Assembly: GCA_035693785.1 (NCBI GenBank)
Contig: DASSFZ010000212.1
Location: 4,647 to 68,646, forward strand
Direction of reading: 5' to 3'
Origin: Anaerolineae bacterium
Lineage (GTDB): Bacteria > Chloroflexota > Anaerolineae > Fen-1058
Length of the DNA stretch: 64,000 nucleotides
This document shows, piece after piece, positions 42,286 through 51,818 of the stretch; within the stretch, counting starts at the first letter, position 1; the number at the start of each line of letters is the position of its first letter. The notes beneath the pieces were generated by a model, which was not told where the DNA came from, ran no database searches, and was given only the letters and a program-made list of their open reading frames with translations. The position numbers and the translations under genes were made by a program.

Positions 42286-43371
42286 TTGAAGGCAGCCGTC
42301 TGCTATGAATTCGGCAAGCCGCTGGTCATAGAGGAGATCGACATCGATCCGCCTCAGCCCGGCGAGGTGAAAGTCAAGGTGGCCGCCACGGCTATCTGTC
42401 ACTCGGACGTGCATCTCGTGCGGGGGGAATGGGGTGGCAAATTACCCGTGGTTGCCGGTCACGAGTCCGCGGGGATCATTGCCGAAGTGGGCCAGGGCGT
42501 CACCGCTCTCCGGCCAGGCGATTACGTGGTCGTGTCGTTGCTGCGCTCTTGTGGTCGCTGTTCGGATTGCACGAGCGGCGCGCCGCACCTGTGCAGCGGC
42601 TCTTTTGCGCTCGATTCACAGAGTCGTCTGCACAGCAAACACGGCCAGACGATTCATCACGGTATCAAAACGGCGTCTTTTGCAGAGTACACGATTGTCG
42701 ATCAGAGCCAATGCGTCAAAATCCCCGACGATGTCCGCCCGGAGAGTGCTGCCCTGCTAGCGTGTGGCGTCATCACGGGCATGGGAGCGGTCACCAACAC
42801 GGCCAACGTCACGCCAGGTAGTCGTGTCGCGGTCATCGGCGTGGGTGGCGTGGGCGTGAATTCGATCCAGGGCGCAGTTCTCAGGGAAGCGCGCATGATT
42901 ATCGCTATCGATCAGGTGGAAGATAAGCTGGCAGTAGCGCGCACATTTGGGGCAACGCATACGGTAAACGCCAGCACTGAAGACCCGGTGAAAGCCGTCC
43001 GCGCACTGACCGATGGAGCGGGAGTGGACTACGCATTTGTCACCGTAGGTAACGCGCTCGCCATTAACCAGGCGTTCAAAATGGTCCGGCGCGGCGGCAG
43101 CGTCGTCGCGATCGGCTTGCCGGAGGCTTCGGCGACCGTCGATCTCAGGGTGCACTCTCTCGTCAGCGGCGAGCGCCGCATCCTAGGCAGCTTCATGGGC
43201 TCTACCCGATTGAGCGTAGACGTGCCCAAGCTGGTCGAACTTTATCAACAGGGCAGGCTCAAGCTCGACGAGTTGATCTCAAATTGCTATTCCCTGGAAC
43301 AGATTAACGAGGCCATCGCAGCGATGGAACACGGAGCGGCTTTGCGCAACGTCATCGTGTTTCCGCAATGA
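42286..43371 (+). CDS. Zinc-dependent alcohol dehydrogenase
   Basis: MKAAVCYEFGKPLVIEEIDIDPP..., ICHSDVH, GHESAG, VIGVGGVGVN. TTG start with GGAGGG 8 nt upstream. Confidence 0.9.
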   Translation: MKAAVCYEFGKPLVIEEIDIDPPQPGEVKVKVAATAICHSDVHLVRGEWGGKLPVVAGHESAGIIAEVGQGVTALRPGDYVVVSLLRSCGRCSDCTSGAPHLCSGSFALDSQSRLHSKHGQTIHHGIKTASFAEYTIVDQSQCVKIPDDVRPESAALLACGVITGMGAVTNTANVTPGSRVAVIGVGGVGVNSIQGAVLREARMIIAIDQVEDKLAVARTFGATHTVNASTEDPVKAVRALTDGAGVDYAFVTVGNALAINQAFKMVRRGGSVVAIGLPEASATVDLRVHSLVSGERRILGSFMGSTRLSVDVPKLVELYQQGRLKLDELISNCYSLEQINEAIAAMEHGAALRNVIVFPQ

Positions 43372-43412
43372 TCCGCCAGAGCGGCACATCATCATCGATT
43401 GGGAGAAACGAT

Positions 43413-44504
43413 ATGTTTTCGTTCGAGCCATCTGAAGAACAGAAAATGTTAGTCGATGCGGTGCTCAAGTTCGCGTTGAAAGACATCCGCGAAGCCGCGC
43501 CCGAGGCGGACGAGAAGTGCCAGTTGCCCCAAACGTTGATCGGCAAGGGTTGGGATCTCGGCCTGCTGCAATCGTCGATCCCCGAGGAATACGGCGGGTT
43601 CGGCGCGCGCTCGGCAGTGACGCTGGCGCTGGCCGCCGAAGAGCTGGCCTACGGCGATCTCGCCACGGCGATGGCGATCCTCGCGCCGAACCTGTTCGCG
43701 CTGCCGATCCTGATCGCCGGCAGTCAAGAGCAAAAGCAGACCCACCTGCCGAAGTTCTGCGAAGGTGGCTACCTGCCGGCCACCGCCGCACTGATGGAAC
43801 CGCGCTACGACTTCCAGCCGGGCGCGCTGAAGACGACGGCGCGCGACGACGGCGACGGCTGGGTGCTCGACGGCGAGAAGTGTTACGTGCCGCTGGCCGC
43901 CGAGGCCGAACACCTGCTGGTATACGCCGCGCTTGACGGGCAAACGCAAGGTTTCATCGTCCGCAAGGATACGCCTGGCCTGTCGATCGGCGAACGCGAG
44001 CAGAACATGGGCATCCGCGCGCTGCCGACCTACACGCTCCATCTGTCGAACTGCAAGGTGGCCTGCGCGGATCGGCTGGGCGGCGAAGCCGGGCACGACT
44101 TCGCACCGATCATCAACGCCTCGCGAGCGGCACTGGCGGCGATGGCCGTGGGCGTGAGTCGTGGCGCGTATGAATACGCGCTCAAGTACGCCAAGGAGCG
44201 CGAAGCCTTCGGCGAGCCGATCGCACAACGTCAATCGATTGCGTTCATGTTGGCGGAGATGGCAACCGAGATCGAAGCGACGCGGCTGATGGCCTGGGAA
44301 GCGGCCTGGCTGATCGACCAGGGACGCGACGCGACGCGCGAAGTCTATCTGGCCAAGATCACGGCCGATGACATATCCCTGATGTGCACGGATCGCGCCG
44401 TGCAGATCCTCGGCGGGCACGGCTACATCCGCGATCATCCGGTGGAGATGTGGCTGCGCAATGCGCGAGGTGTTGCGACCTTTGAAGGCATGGCGATGGT
44501 GTAG
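43413..44504 (+). CDS. Acyl-CoA dehydrogenase family protein (short C-terminus)
   Basis: MFSFEPSEEQKMLVDAV is a typical ACAD N-terminus. The protein ends ...ATFEGMAMV directly after the catalytic-base motif. Start moved to ATG 43413 (GGGAGA upstream). Confidence 0.85.
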   Translation: MFSFEPSEEQKMLVDAVLKFALKDIREAAPEADEKCQLPQTLIGKGWDLGLLQSSIPEEYGGFGARSAVTLALAAEELAYGDLATAMAILAPNLFALPILIAGSQEQKQTHLPKFCEGGYLPATAALMEPRYDFQPGALKTTARDDGDGWVLDGEKCYVPLAAEAEHLLVYAALDGQTQGFIVRKDTPGLSIGEREQNMGIRALPTYTLHLSNCKVACADRLGGEAGHDFAPIINASRAALAAMAVGVSRGAYEYALKYAKEREAFGEPIAQRQSIAFMLAEMATEIEATRLMAWEAAWLIDQGRDATREVYLAKITADDISLMCTDRAVQILGGHGYIRDHPVEMWLRNARGVATFEGMAMV

Positions 44505-44557
44505 AGAATTGGAAGTGATGAATCGGGTCTTCCCGTTGACTCAAAGGAGGCTCAAAG

Positions 44558-45778
44558 ATGATCTCATTTGAAATACCGGAGTCGATCGCGCAGGAGCGCG
44601 AGCAGTTGCAGGCGACCGCAGCCGGGATGATGCGCGAGCAGGCGCGATACTACGACGAGCACGAGCACGAGATTCCGTGGGACTACATCAACATGATGTG
44701 GCAGGCAGCCCGGGCGAGCGGACGAAGCTACCGTGGCCGAGGTCAGGACACAGGCGAGGGGCCGCGCATCGGACAGCAACGCATGAGCCATATGGTCGAA
44801 ATGATGTCGTGGGGGGACGCCGGGCTTTACCTGTGCACGCCGGGCAGCGGGCTGGGCGGCGCGGCGGTCGAAGCCACCGGCACGCCCGAGCAAAAGGAAA
44901 AGTTCCTGGCGCGCTTTGCGGACGAGAAACCGGCCTGGTCGTGTATGGCGATGACCGAAGCGCACGCCGGCTCCGACACCGCCGCCATCCGCACGCGTGC
45001 GGTGAAGGACGGGGACGAATGGGTGATCAATGGCCGGAAAATCTTCGTGACGTGTGGGCACAAGGCGCTGGTTGACTCGCAGGGATTCGTCGTGGTGTGG
45101 GCCACGATCGATCCGGCGGCGGGACGCGCCGGGATGCGCCCGTTCGTCGTCGAGGCAGGCACGCCGGGCATGACGGTGACCAAACTTGAGTACAAAATGG
45201 GCATTCGCGCCAGCGACACAGCCGAACTCGTCCTGGACAACTGCCGCGTCCCGGCTGAGAACATGCTCGGCAGCGAAGAGATCGCCACCCAGCAGAAGGG
45301 CTTCAAGGGCGCGATGGCGACCTTCGACGCAACACGGCCGCTGGTTGCCGCCAGCGCCCTGGGCATCGCCCGCGCCACGCTTGATTTGGTGAAAGAGCTA
45401 CTGGCCGCCGAAGGCGTCACAATTCCCTACGGCGTCCCGCGCACACAGCTCAGCGCCGTCCAGCGCGATGTGCTGGAGATGGAAGCGATGATCCACGCGG
45501 CGTGGCTGCTCACGCTCAAGGCGACCTGGCTGATGGACGAGCGCAAGCCGAACACGATCGAAGCGTCGATGTGCAAGGTCAAGGCCGGCGACGTGGTGAC
45601 GCGCGTGACGCAGAAGGGCGTGGAGCTGCTCGGCCCGCTCGGCTATTCGCGCCGGCTGCTGCTGGAGAAGTGGATGCGCGACGCGAAGATCAACGATCTG
45701 TTCGAGGGAACCGGGCAGATCAATCGGCTGGTCGTGGCCAGGAGGATTCTGGGCTATCGGAGTCGAGAGTTGAAATGA
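44558..45778 (+). CDS. Acyl-CoA dehydrogenase family protein
   Basis: MTEAHAGSDTAAI, and LFEGTGQINRLVVARRIL at the C-terminus. Confidence 0.88.
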   Translation: MISFEIPESIAQEREQLQATAAGMMREQARYYDEHEHEIPWDYINMMWQAARASGRSYRGRGQDTGEGPRIGQQRMSHMVEMMSWGDAGLYLCTPGSGLGGAAVEATGTPEQKEKFLARFADEKPAWSCMAMTEAHAGSDTAAIRTRAVKDGDEWVINGRKIFVTCGHKALVDSQGFVVVWATIDPAAGRAGMRPFVVEAGTPGMTVTKLEYKMGIRASDTAELVLDNCRVPAENMLGSEEIATQQKGFKGAMATFDATRPLVAASALGIARATLDLVKELLAAEGVTIPYGVPRTQLSAVQRDVLEMEAMIHAAWLLTLKATWLMDERKPNTIEASMCKVKAGDVVTRVTQKGVELLGPLGYSRRLLLEKWMRDAKINDLFEGTGQINRLVVARRILGYRSRELK

Positions 45779-45785
45779 ATTGCGG

Positions 45786-45815
45786 GCGCTGCTTGCGCCC
45801 CGCCCAGCGGGGTTG
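45786..45815. repeat. 30-nt intergenic repeat, copy 1 (contains CCCCGC-cca-GCGGGG hairpin); likely bidirectional terminator position
   Basis: GCGCTGCTTGCGCCCCGCCCAGCGGGGTTG. It lies between convergent genes (ACAD stop 45778, ligase stop 45830). Confidence 0.7.
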
Positions 45816-45829
45816 AGCGTCTCTTGCTG

Positions 45830-47353
45830 TCAGCCGCGACCATGCGCGGCCTTGACCGCAGTGCGATCGATTTCGCCGTCGGGCTGCCTCGGCATCTTTT
45901 CGACGAAGTTGACGCTCTGCGGTTTCTTATAGGCGGCGATTCGGTCGGCAACGGCGGCGCTGACCTGCTCGGCGGTGAGCGCCTGACCTGGCTTCAATTC
46001 GACGACGGCCTTCACCGCTTCGCCCCACTTGGGATGTGGCACACCGATGACGCAGACGGCTGCCACTTCCGGCAGTTCCTGGATCACGCGCTCGACTTCG
46101 GCCGGATAGACATTCTCGCCGCCGGATTTGATCAGATCCTTCTCCGGCTTGCGGCCCACGTAATACAGGTAGTTTTCGGCGTCGAACCTGCCGATGTCGC
46201 CGGTGTGATGCCAGCCGCGCCGAAAAGTGTAATCAGTGGCATCGGGATCGCGCCAATACCCGGCAAAGACCAGCGGCCCCTGCGCGGCGATCTCGCCCGG
46301 CTCGCCCACAGGCACGTCGTCGCCGGCTTCGTTCACCAGGCGAACGCGCGCCAGGGGCAGCGGCTTACCGGCCGAACCGGGCTTTTCGTCCACGCGGGTC
46401 AACGTCAACAGCCCGGCGGTTTCAGATTGCCCGAAGCCCGTCCAAAACTTGGCACCGGTTTCGGCCAGCAGGCGCTGAATGACGTCGGGCGCGTCCAGGC
46501 CGACGACATGCTTGAGCGTCTGCCACCTGGCCCCGACCTTGTCGCGCGCCTCCAGCAGCATCGACAGCACGGGTGGAAAGACGGCTATCAACGTCGCTTC
46601 GTGCTCGTCGATCCACTGCGCCGCCAGCGCCGGATCGAAGCTCTCCATGACCACATTCGCGCCACCAACCTGTGCCATGCACAACGACAGGCCCAGCCCG
46701 GTGACATGAAAGAACGGAAGCGCGGCCAAGTGTCGATCGCGCGCGGTCAATCCTAAAGCCGTGATCAACTGATAGCCGCCCAGGATCATATTCGCGTGGG
46801 TGAGGACCGCACCGCGCGGCACACCCGCCACGGCAGCCGTCGAGAGGATCACGAACGGATCGTTGCTGTTCACCTCGGCCGGCGAGCCGGCGGGCGACTG
46901 ATAAAACTCGGCCAGGGGGACGTAGCCGGCGGCACCCGTCATCGATCCGCCTTCCTCGCCGATGATCGCCCCCGCGCGCAGGCCCGTCAGATCGATGCCT
47001 TCCACCTGCGCCATATGATTGGCGCCCACCACTATCATTTGTGGATCGGCCAGCGCGACCACCGCCTGAACTTCCGAAGCCGATAGGCGCCAGTTGATCG
47101 GGTACGCGACTGCGCCCGTCTTGGCGCAGGCTCCGTACAGTTCCAGGTATTCGATCGAGTTTTGGGCCAGGATGCAGACCCGATCGCCTTTCGCAACGCC
47201 GCGAGCGGTGAGGCCCGCCGCCAGCCGATCGACGCGGTTGAGAAACTCCCGGTGGGATACCGTCCGGCCAGCACTGATCGCGGCCGGGGCGTCGCCCGAG
47301 GCGAGTGCGTTGTGTTGAAGGAGATCGTAGACGGTGAAGCCTCGCAGACTCAT
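45830..47353 (-). CDS. AMP-dependent acyl-CoA synthetase/ligase
   Basis: ANL fold. GWHHTGDIGRFD, GGENVYPAEVE, YKKPQSVNFVEKMPRQPDGEIDR. The P-loop is degenerate (LSTAAVAGVPRG). Confidence 0.82.
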   Translation of the reverse strand: MSLRGFTVYDLLQHNALASGDAPAAISAGRTVSHREFLNRVDRLAAGLTARGVAKGDRVCILAQNSIEYLELYGACAKTGAVAYPINWRLSASEVQAVVALADPQMIVVGANHMAQVEGIDLTGLRAGAIIGEEGGSMTGAAGYVPLAEFYQSPAGSPAEVNSNDPFVILSTAAVAGVPRGAVLTHANMILGGYQLITALGLTARDRHLAALPFFHVTGLGLSLCMAQVGGANVVMESFDPALAAQWIDEHEATLIAVFPPVLSMLLEARDKVGARWQTLKHVVGLDAPDVIQRLLAETGAKFWTGFGQSETAGLLTLTRVDEKPGSAGKPLPLARVRLVNEAGDDVPVGEPGEIAAQGPLVFAGYWRDPDATDYTFRRGWHHTGDIGRFDAENYLYYVGRKPEKDLIKSGGENVYPAEVERVIQELPEVAAVCVIGVPHPKWGEAVKAVVELKPGQALTAEQVSAAVADRIAAYKKPQSVNFVEKMPRQPDGEIDRTAVKAAHGRG

Positions 47354-47368
47354 GAGCACACCCCTTTC

Positions 47369-48163
47369 TTACCCCAGCCAGCGTTTACGCCGCTTGTAGT
47401 GCTTCACGTCGCGGTAGCTCTTCCGCTCGCCGACACTGGTCAACCCCAGATAGAATTCCTTGATGTCCTCGTTCTCCCGCAGCGTCTCGGCCGGGCCGTC
47501 GAGTACCACGCGTCCGTTCTCCATCACGTAGCCGTAGTTCGCCACCTCCAGCGCCATGCGAGCGTTCTGCTCTACCAGCAGGATCGAGGTGCCCTCCTCG
47601 CTGTTGATGCGCTGGACGACTTCGAAGATCTCCGTGACCAGCAGGGGAGCCAGCCCGAGCGAAGGCTCGTCCAGCAGCATCAGGCTGGGACGTCCCATCA
47701 GCCCCCGGCCGATGACGAGCATCTGCTGTTCGCCGCCGGAGAGGTATCCGCTGACCTTGTGCCGCAGATCCTTGAGGAGGGGGAAGTAGTGGTAGACCTG
47801 TTCGATGTCCTGCCGAATTTCAGGACCGTTGGAGCGCACCAGTGCACCGGCCAACAAGTTTTCTTCGACGGTCAGGTGCTGGAAGAGCTTGTGTCCCTCA
47901 AGCACCTGGACGACGCCCATCCGGACAATCTCATCGGGCCGCATTCTATCAATGCGTTGGCCTTTGAACTCGATACTGCCACGGGTGACCTCACCTCGCT
48001 GGGAGCGCAGCAGGCCGGAAATCGCTTTCAGCGTCGTCGATTTGCCCGCTCCATTAGCGCCCAAGAGCGCCACAATCTGTCCCTTCTTGACTTCGATGGA
48101 GACGCCGTGCAAGATGAGGATCACGTCGCTGTAGACGACTTCGACGTTGTTGATTTTCAGCAT
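47369..48163 (-). CDS. HAAT family ABC transporter ATP-binding protein (LivF-type)
   Basis: LLGANGAGKSTTLKAISG, LSGGEQQMLVIGRGL, LMLLDEPSLGLAP. Basic C-terminal tail. Confidence 0.88.
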   Translation of the reverse strand: MLKINNVEVVYSDVILILHGVSIEVKKGQIVALLGANGAGKSTTLKAISGLLRSQRGEVTRGSIEFKGQRIDRMRPDEIVRMGVVQVLEGHKLFQHLTVEENLLAGALVRSNGPEIRQDIEQVYHYFPLLKDLRHKVSGYLSGGEQQMLVIGRGLMGRPSLMLLDEPSLGLAPLLVTEIFEVVQRINSEEGTSILLVEQNARMALEVANYGYVMENGRVVLDGPAETLRENEDIKEFYLGLTSVGERKSYRDVKHYKRRKRWLG

Positions 48164-48222
48164 CGAGAACCTGCCGCTGGTACGGGGTTAGGATTCGGGA
48201 AAAGGGGGAGCGCCCCCTGAAC

Positions 48223-48252
48223 GCGCTGCTTGCGCCCCGCCTAGCGGGGTTG
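48223..48252. repeat. 30-nt intergenic repeat, copy 2 (29/30 identical to copy 1)
   Basis: GCGCTGCTTGCGCCCCGCCTAGCGGGGTTG. It lies in the 138-nt spacer between the binding-protein gene stop (48302) and the livF-type gene start (48163). Confidence 0.7.
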
Positions 48253-48301
48253 GAGGAGCTCCCACCTTCTTGCTCACAACACCTCGTCGAAACGTGCCAC
48301 G

Positions 48302-49684
48302 CTACTCAGCCGGCGACGGGCGCAAGTCGGGCAGTTCGAAGAAGTCCTTGACGACGACGAACTGCGGCTGGCCGTCCACCAACTGAACCTGGCGGATCTG
48401 CGCCACATGCGGCGCGCGACTTCCATCGCGGACGTCGAACGACCAGACGCCGAGATTGTCGACGGTGCCCAGCTCTTTGAAGGCGTCGAAGAAGGCGTCG
48501 CCGTCAAGATTTTCGTAGCCGACTGTGTCGATGGCGTGCTCGACGATGGTCTTGAACCCCCACAGTCCCGCATAGGAAGTCAGGTAGCTGACGCCCTTAT
48601 CGCTCTCCGGATAACCGCCGGCTTCAAAAGCGGCCAGCGCCATCTGGACGCCCGGCACATCGGTGTCATTCCACCACCGATAGGGGAAGGGCGCATACAT
48701 GCCCACTGCCGCCGGGGCGCTCTCGCCGAGGAACGTCAGGACATCCGTGTTCATGGCCCAGTTCACGCCGCCGACGACCACCGAATCCCACATGCCGAGG
48801 GCGCGAAGCGTGCCGATCACCTGCGCCGGGCCGAAGCCAAGCGACTGAATGTAGATCACGTTTGCGCCCTGCACGGCCAAGCTTTGCAGCGGTGTGACCA
48901 CGTCCGCCTCGGCCGATACGGCCTGCGTCTCCAGAGGGAGAACGGTGATGCCCAGTGATTCGGCAAAGGCCAGCGCCTCCGGTGTGGTTGCCCCGGCCCC
49001 GAAGGGGCCTTCCCAACCAATCACGCCGACGATGATCTCGTCGCCGGCGCCGTCAGGCTTGATGTCGTCCCAGTTGTCCTGGACGAACTGCAGGAAACCG
49101 CCGAACTGATCGGGGTAGATCGGATAGTCGCCCACCGTCCAGCCGTCCGGCGGATTGTAGAAAGCCTCCGCGTTGAGGCCGGCGGCAAAGTTGACGACGT
49201 GGTCCTCGACGAGCAAATCCTTGAGCGCGATGGTCGCGCCACTGCCGTAGGTGTTGATAGACGTCAGATTGGGAAAGTCGGCTTTGGTTTGCTGATAGAC
49301 CGCGATTTCCTGCTCGGCCTCGTACTGCGTATCGGTCAGATGCAATTCGAGCGTCGCGCCACAGATGCCGCCGCTGGCGTTGATCTCGGCAATCCCGTCA
49401 TTGAGGCCGTTGACAAAGGCGGTGCCGAGAATGGTGGCCAACGGCCCGGTCAGACCGGCTTGCGAGTGGTAGTAGATGGTTTCGCCTTCCAAACCGTCGG
49501 CGCAACGTCGAACGGCTGGCGGCGCTTCGGTGGGCGGTGGCTCTGCGGTCGGCGGTACTGCAGTCGGCGGCGCTGTGGTGGGTGGCGCTTGGGTAGGCGT
49601 GGCCGTTGCGGCGGGTGCGCAGGCAGCGAGGGCAATCCCGACCAGGACCACCACGGACAACATTGCGAAAACTTGCTTGTGCAT
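48302..49684 (-). CDS. ABC transporter substrate-binding lipoprotein with Pro/Thr/Ala-rich linker
   Basis: Signal and lipobox VVLVGIALAAC, then APAATATPTQAPPTTAPPTAVPPTAEPPPTEAPP, then a Liv-type binding fold. Confidence 0.8.
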   Translation of the reverse strand: MHKQVFAMLSVVVLVGIALAACAPAATATPTQAPPTTAPPTAVPPTAEPPPTEAPPAVRRCADGLEGETIYYHSQAGLTGPLATILGTAFVNGLNDGIAEINASGGICGATLELHLTDTQYEAEQEIAVYQQTKADFPNLTSINTYGSGATIALKDLLVEDHVVNFAAGLNAEAFYNPPDGWTVGDYPIYPDQFGGFLQFVQDNWDDIKPDGAGDEIIVGVIGWEGPFGAGATTPEALAFAESLGITVLPLETQAVSAEADVVTPLQSLAVQGANVIYIQSLGFGPAQVIGTLRALGMWDSVVVGGVNWAMNTDVLTFLGESAPAAVGMYAPFPYRWWNDTDVPGVQMALAAFEAGGYPESDKGVSYLTSYAGLWGFKTIVEHAIDTVGYENLDGDAFFDAFKELGTVDNLGVWSFDVRDGSRAPHVAQIRQVQLVDGQPQFVVVKDFFELPDLRPSPAE

Positions 49685-49799
49685 GGTTTCTCTCCTCCTT
49701 AGGATGGAATAACGGGGTAATCAGACTCCCCTCATTGGCAAGACCTAGCGGCGAATACAGGATTGAGTCGAAATGCATCACCTCCTTGTGATGATGTGT

Positions 49800-50870
49800 C
49801 TAACGCGAGAAAGGCCTCAGACGCCAGGCAGCTTTGAAGAGTTGCCAGCGACGGGCCAGGCCATGCGGCTCAAAGATGAGAAACAACATCAGGACCACGC
49901 CGAAGAAGATCGGCCTGAACGAAGTCTGCAGACGGGCCGTCATCTCTATGGGCATGGCCTCCGCCACCGTTCTCCCCAACCAGTTAGAGACTTCTTGCAT
50001 GCCGATGATGAAAGTCGCCCCCATAAACGGACCGGCGTTCGTGCCCAATCCTCCGACGACCAGCATGCCCAACATCACGATCGACTCGATGAGACCATAT
50101 CCGAATTCGGTGCCCACCGCGCGCTGGGAGTGGGCTTTCAACGCGCCGGCCACGCCGGCGTACATGGCGGCGATGAAGAATGCGCGGAGCTTGTAGCCGA
50201 ACAGGTTCACGCCGAGCAGCTCAGCCGCCAGGTCGCTATCGCGGATGGAGACAAACGCCCGGCCCAGACGCGATCGCGAGATGTTGGCGGCCAGGACGGT
50301 GGTGACGATCAGGACGCCCAGCGTGATATAGATATAGCGGGCCGGTTCGTCAAAGGCAAAGTCGCCGATCTTTGGGACGGGAGTGGAGATGCGCCCCTCG
50401 GTGCCGCCCAGATATTCCGGAAAAGTGTATCTGGTCAACCACGGAATGATGAACTGGGCGGCCAACGTGGCCATTGCCAGGTAGAAGCCCTTGACACGCA
50501 GCGAGGGCAATCCAAAAATCAACCCGGCCAGCCCTGCCCCCAGCGCCGCAATCGGCAGGGCCACGAAGAACGAAAAGCCCAGGTACGTGACGCATAAGGT
50601 GGAGACGTATCCGCCCACCAGCATGAAGGCCGCCTGCCCCAGCGAGATTTGCCCGGTATACCCGACCAGAATGTTCAGTCCCTGCACGGCGATGATCCAA
50701 TAGCCGATACGGTTGGCCTGAATGACGAAAGCAGGCGGCGCCCAATAAGGCGAGGTCGCGACAGCGCCAATGGATGCAAACAACAAGACCCAGTGCCAGG
50801 GCTTTCGCAGGAAGGACATGTCCTGTTGATAGCTGCGATCAAAATCGCCAGAAGGACGCATAACGCCCAT
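49800..50870 (-). CDS. HAAT family ABC transporter permease (LivM-type)
   Basis: IAVQGLNILVGYTGQISLGQAAFMLVGGY. Confidence 0.85.
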   Translation of the reverse strand: MGVMRPSGDFDRSYQQDMSFLRKPWHWVLLFASIGAVATSPYWAPPAFVIQANRIGYWIIAVQGLNILVGYTGQISLGQAAFMLVGGYVSTLCVTYLGFSFFVALPIAALGAGLAGLIFGLPSLRVKGFYLAMATLAAQFIIPWLTRYTFPEYLGGTEGRISTPVPKIGDFAFDEPARYIYITLGVLIVTTVLAANISRSRLGRAFVSIRDSDLAAELLGVNLFGYKLRAFFIAAMYAGVAGALKAHSQRAVGTEFGYGLIESIVMLGMLVVGGLGTNAGPFMGATFIIGMQEVSNWLGRTVAEAMPIEMTARLQTSFRPIFFGVVLMLFLIFEPHGLARRWQLFKAAWRLRPFSR

Positions 50871-50882
50871 GCCCTATTCTCC

Positions 50883-51818
50883 TTAAATCCTTTCGATACG
50901 CTTCTGTCCGAACAGCCCTTCAGGCCGGATGAGTAGGACGATGAGCAGCAGCACGTAGGGCGCGATATCCGACGAGTTGCGTATCTCGATCAGTCTGGAT
51001 GCACTGACAAATTCCTGCGCCAGCCCCACGGCGATACCGCCCACGATTGCGCCGCCGAGTGAGTCTACGCCGCCCAAAAGAAGCGCTGGAAAAGCCACCA
51101 ACACAACGGTCGACAGGCTGAGACTGACACCGGTCAGCATCGCCAAGAGCACCCCGCCTGCCGTGGCAATCATTCCGGCAATCGCCCACGAAAGTCCGAA
51201 GACACGCGGGACGTTGATGCCGACGCTGCGCGCCAGTTCATGGTCTTCCGCCGTGGCGCGCATCGCCAGGCCAGTGCGGCTGAGCTTGAAGAACAACGCA
51301 AACAAGATCGCGCCGACGATCGCCACGCCAAAGGCCACCACGCGCGTCTTTTGAATGTGAATCGCCCCGCCGAAGGCCAGATCAAACGGGATATTGAAAG
51401 ACTCGGTGGGCGGGAAGGGCTTGGGAAAGTTACCTTGAGGCTCGATGCCAAAGAGAATGCTGACGACACCCTCGATGAATTGCGCCAGGCCAAGCGTCAT
51501 CAAGATAATCGACAGAAGGGGTTGCCCCGCCATGGGGCGCAGGGTAAGCCGCTCGACGAGAAAGCCAACCCATACGGCCACCACCAGGGCGGCAAGGACG
51601 GCAAACCCCAACGGCAGATTGAATAACTCACCGCCCTTTTCCTGGGCACCGGCGAACCACCACACCACGAATGCGCCGAGCATCACCAGAGAGCCTTGCG
51701 CGAAGTTGAAGACTTCGGATGATTTATAGATCAGCACCAGGCCCAGCGCGATGAGGCCCAGCACCCCGCCGTTGAGAAGACCGGTTACGATTGCCTGCGG
51801 TACAAGCGGCCAGTTCAT
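50883..51818 (-). CDS. HAAT family ABC transporter permease (LivH-type)
   Basis: GLLNGGVLGLIALGLVLIYKSSEVFNFAQGS. Confidence 0.85.
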   Translation of the reverse strand: MNWPLVPQAIVTGLLNGGVLGLIALGLVLIYKSSEVFNFAQGSLVMLGAFVVWWFAGAQEKGGELFNLPLGFAVLAALVVAVWVGFLVERLTLRPMAGQPLLSIILMTLGLAQFIEGVVSILFGIEPQGNFPKPFPPTESFNIPFDLAFGGAIHIQKTRVVAFGVAIVGAILFALFFKLSRTGLAMRATAEDHELARSVGINVPRVFGLSWAIAGMIATAGGVLLAMLTGVSLSLSTVVLVAFPALLLGGVDSLGGAIVGGIAVGLAQEFVSASRLIEIRNSSDIAPYVLLLIVLLIRPEGLFGQKRIERI

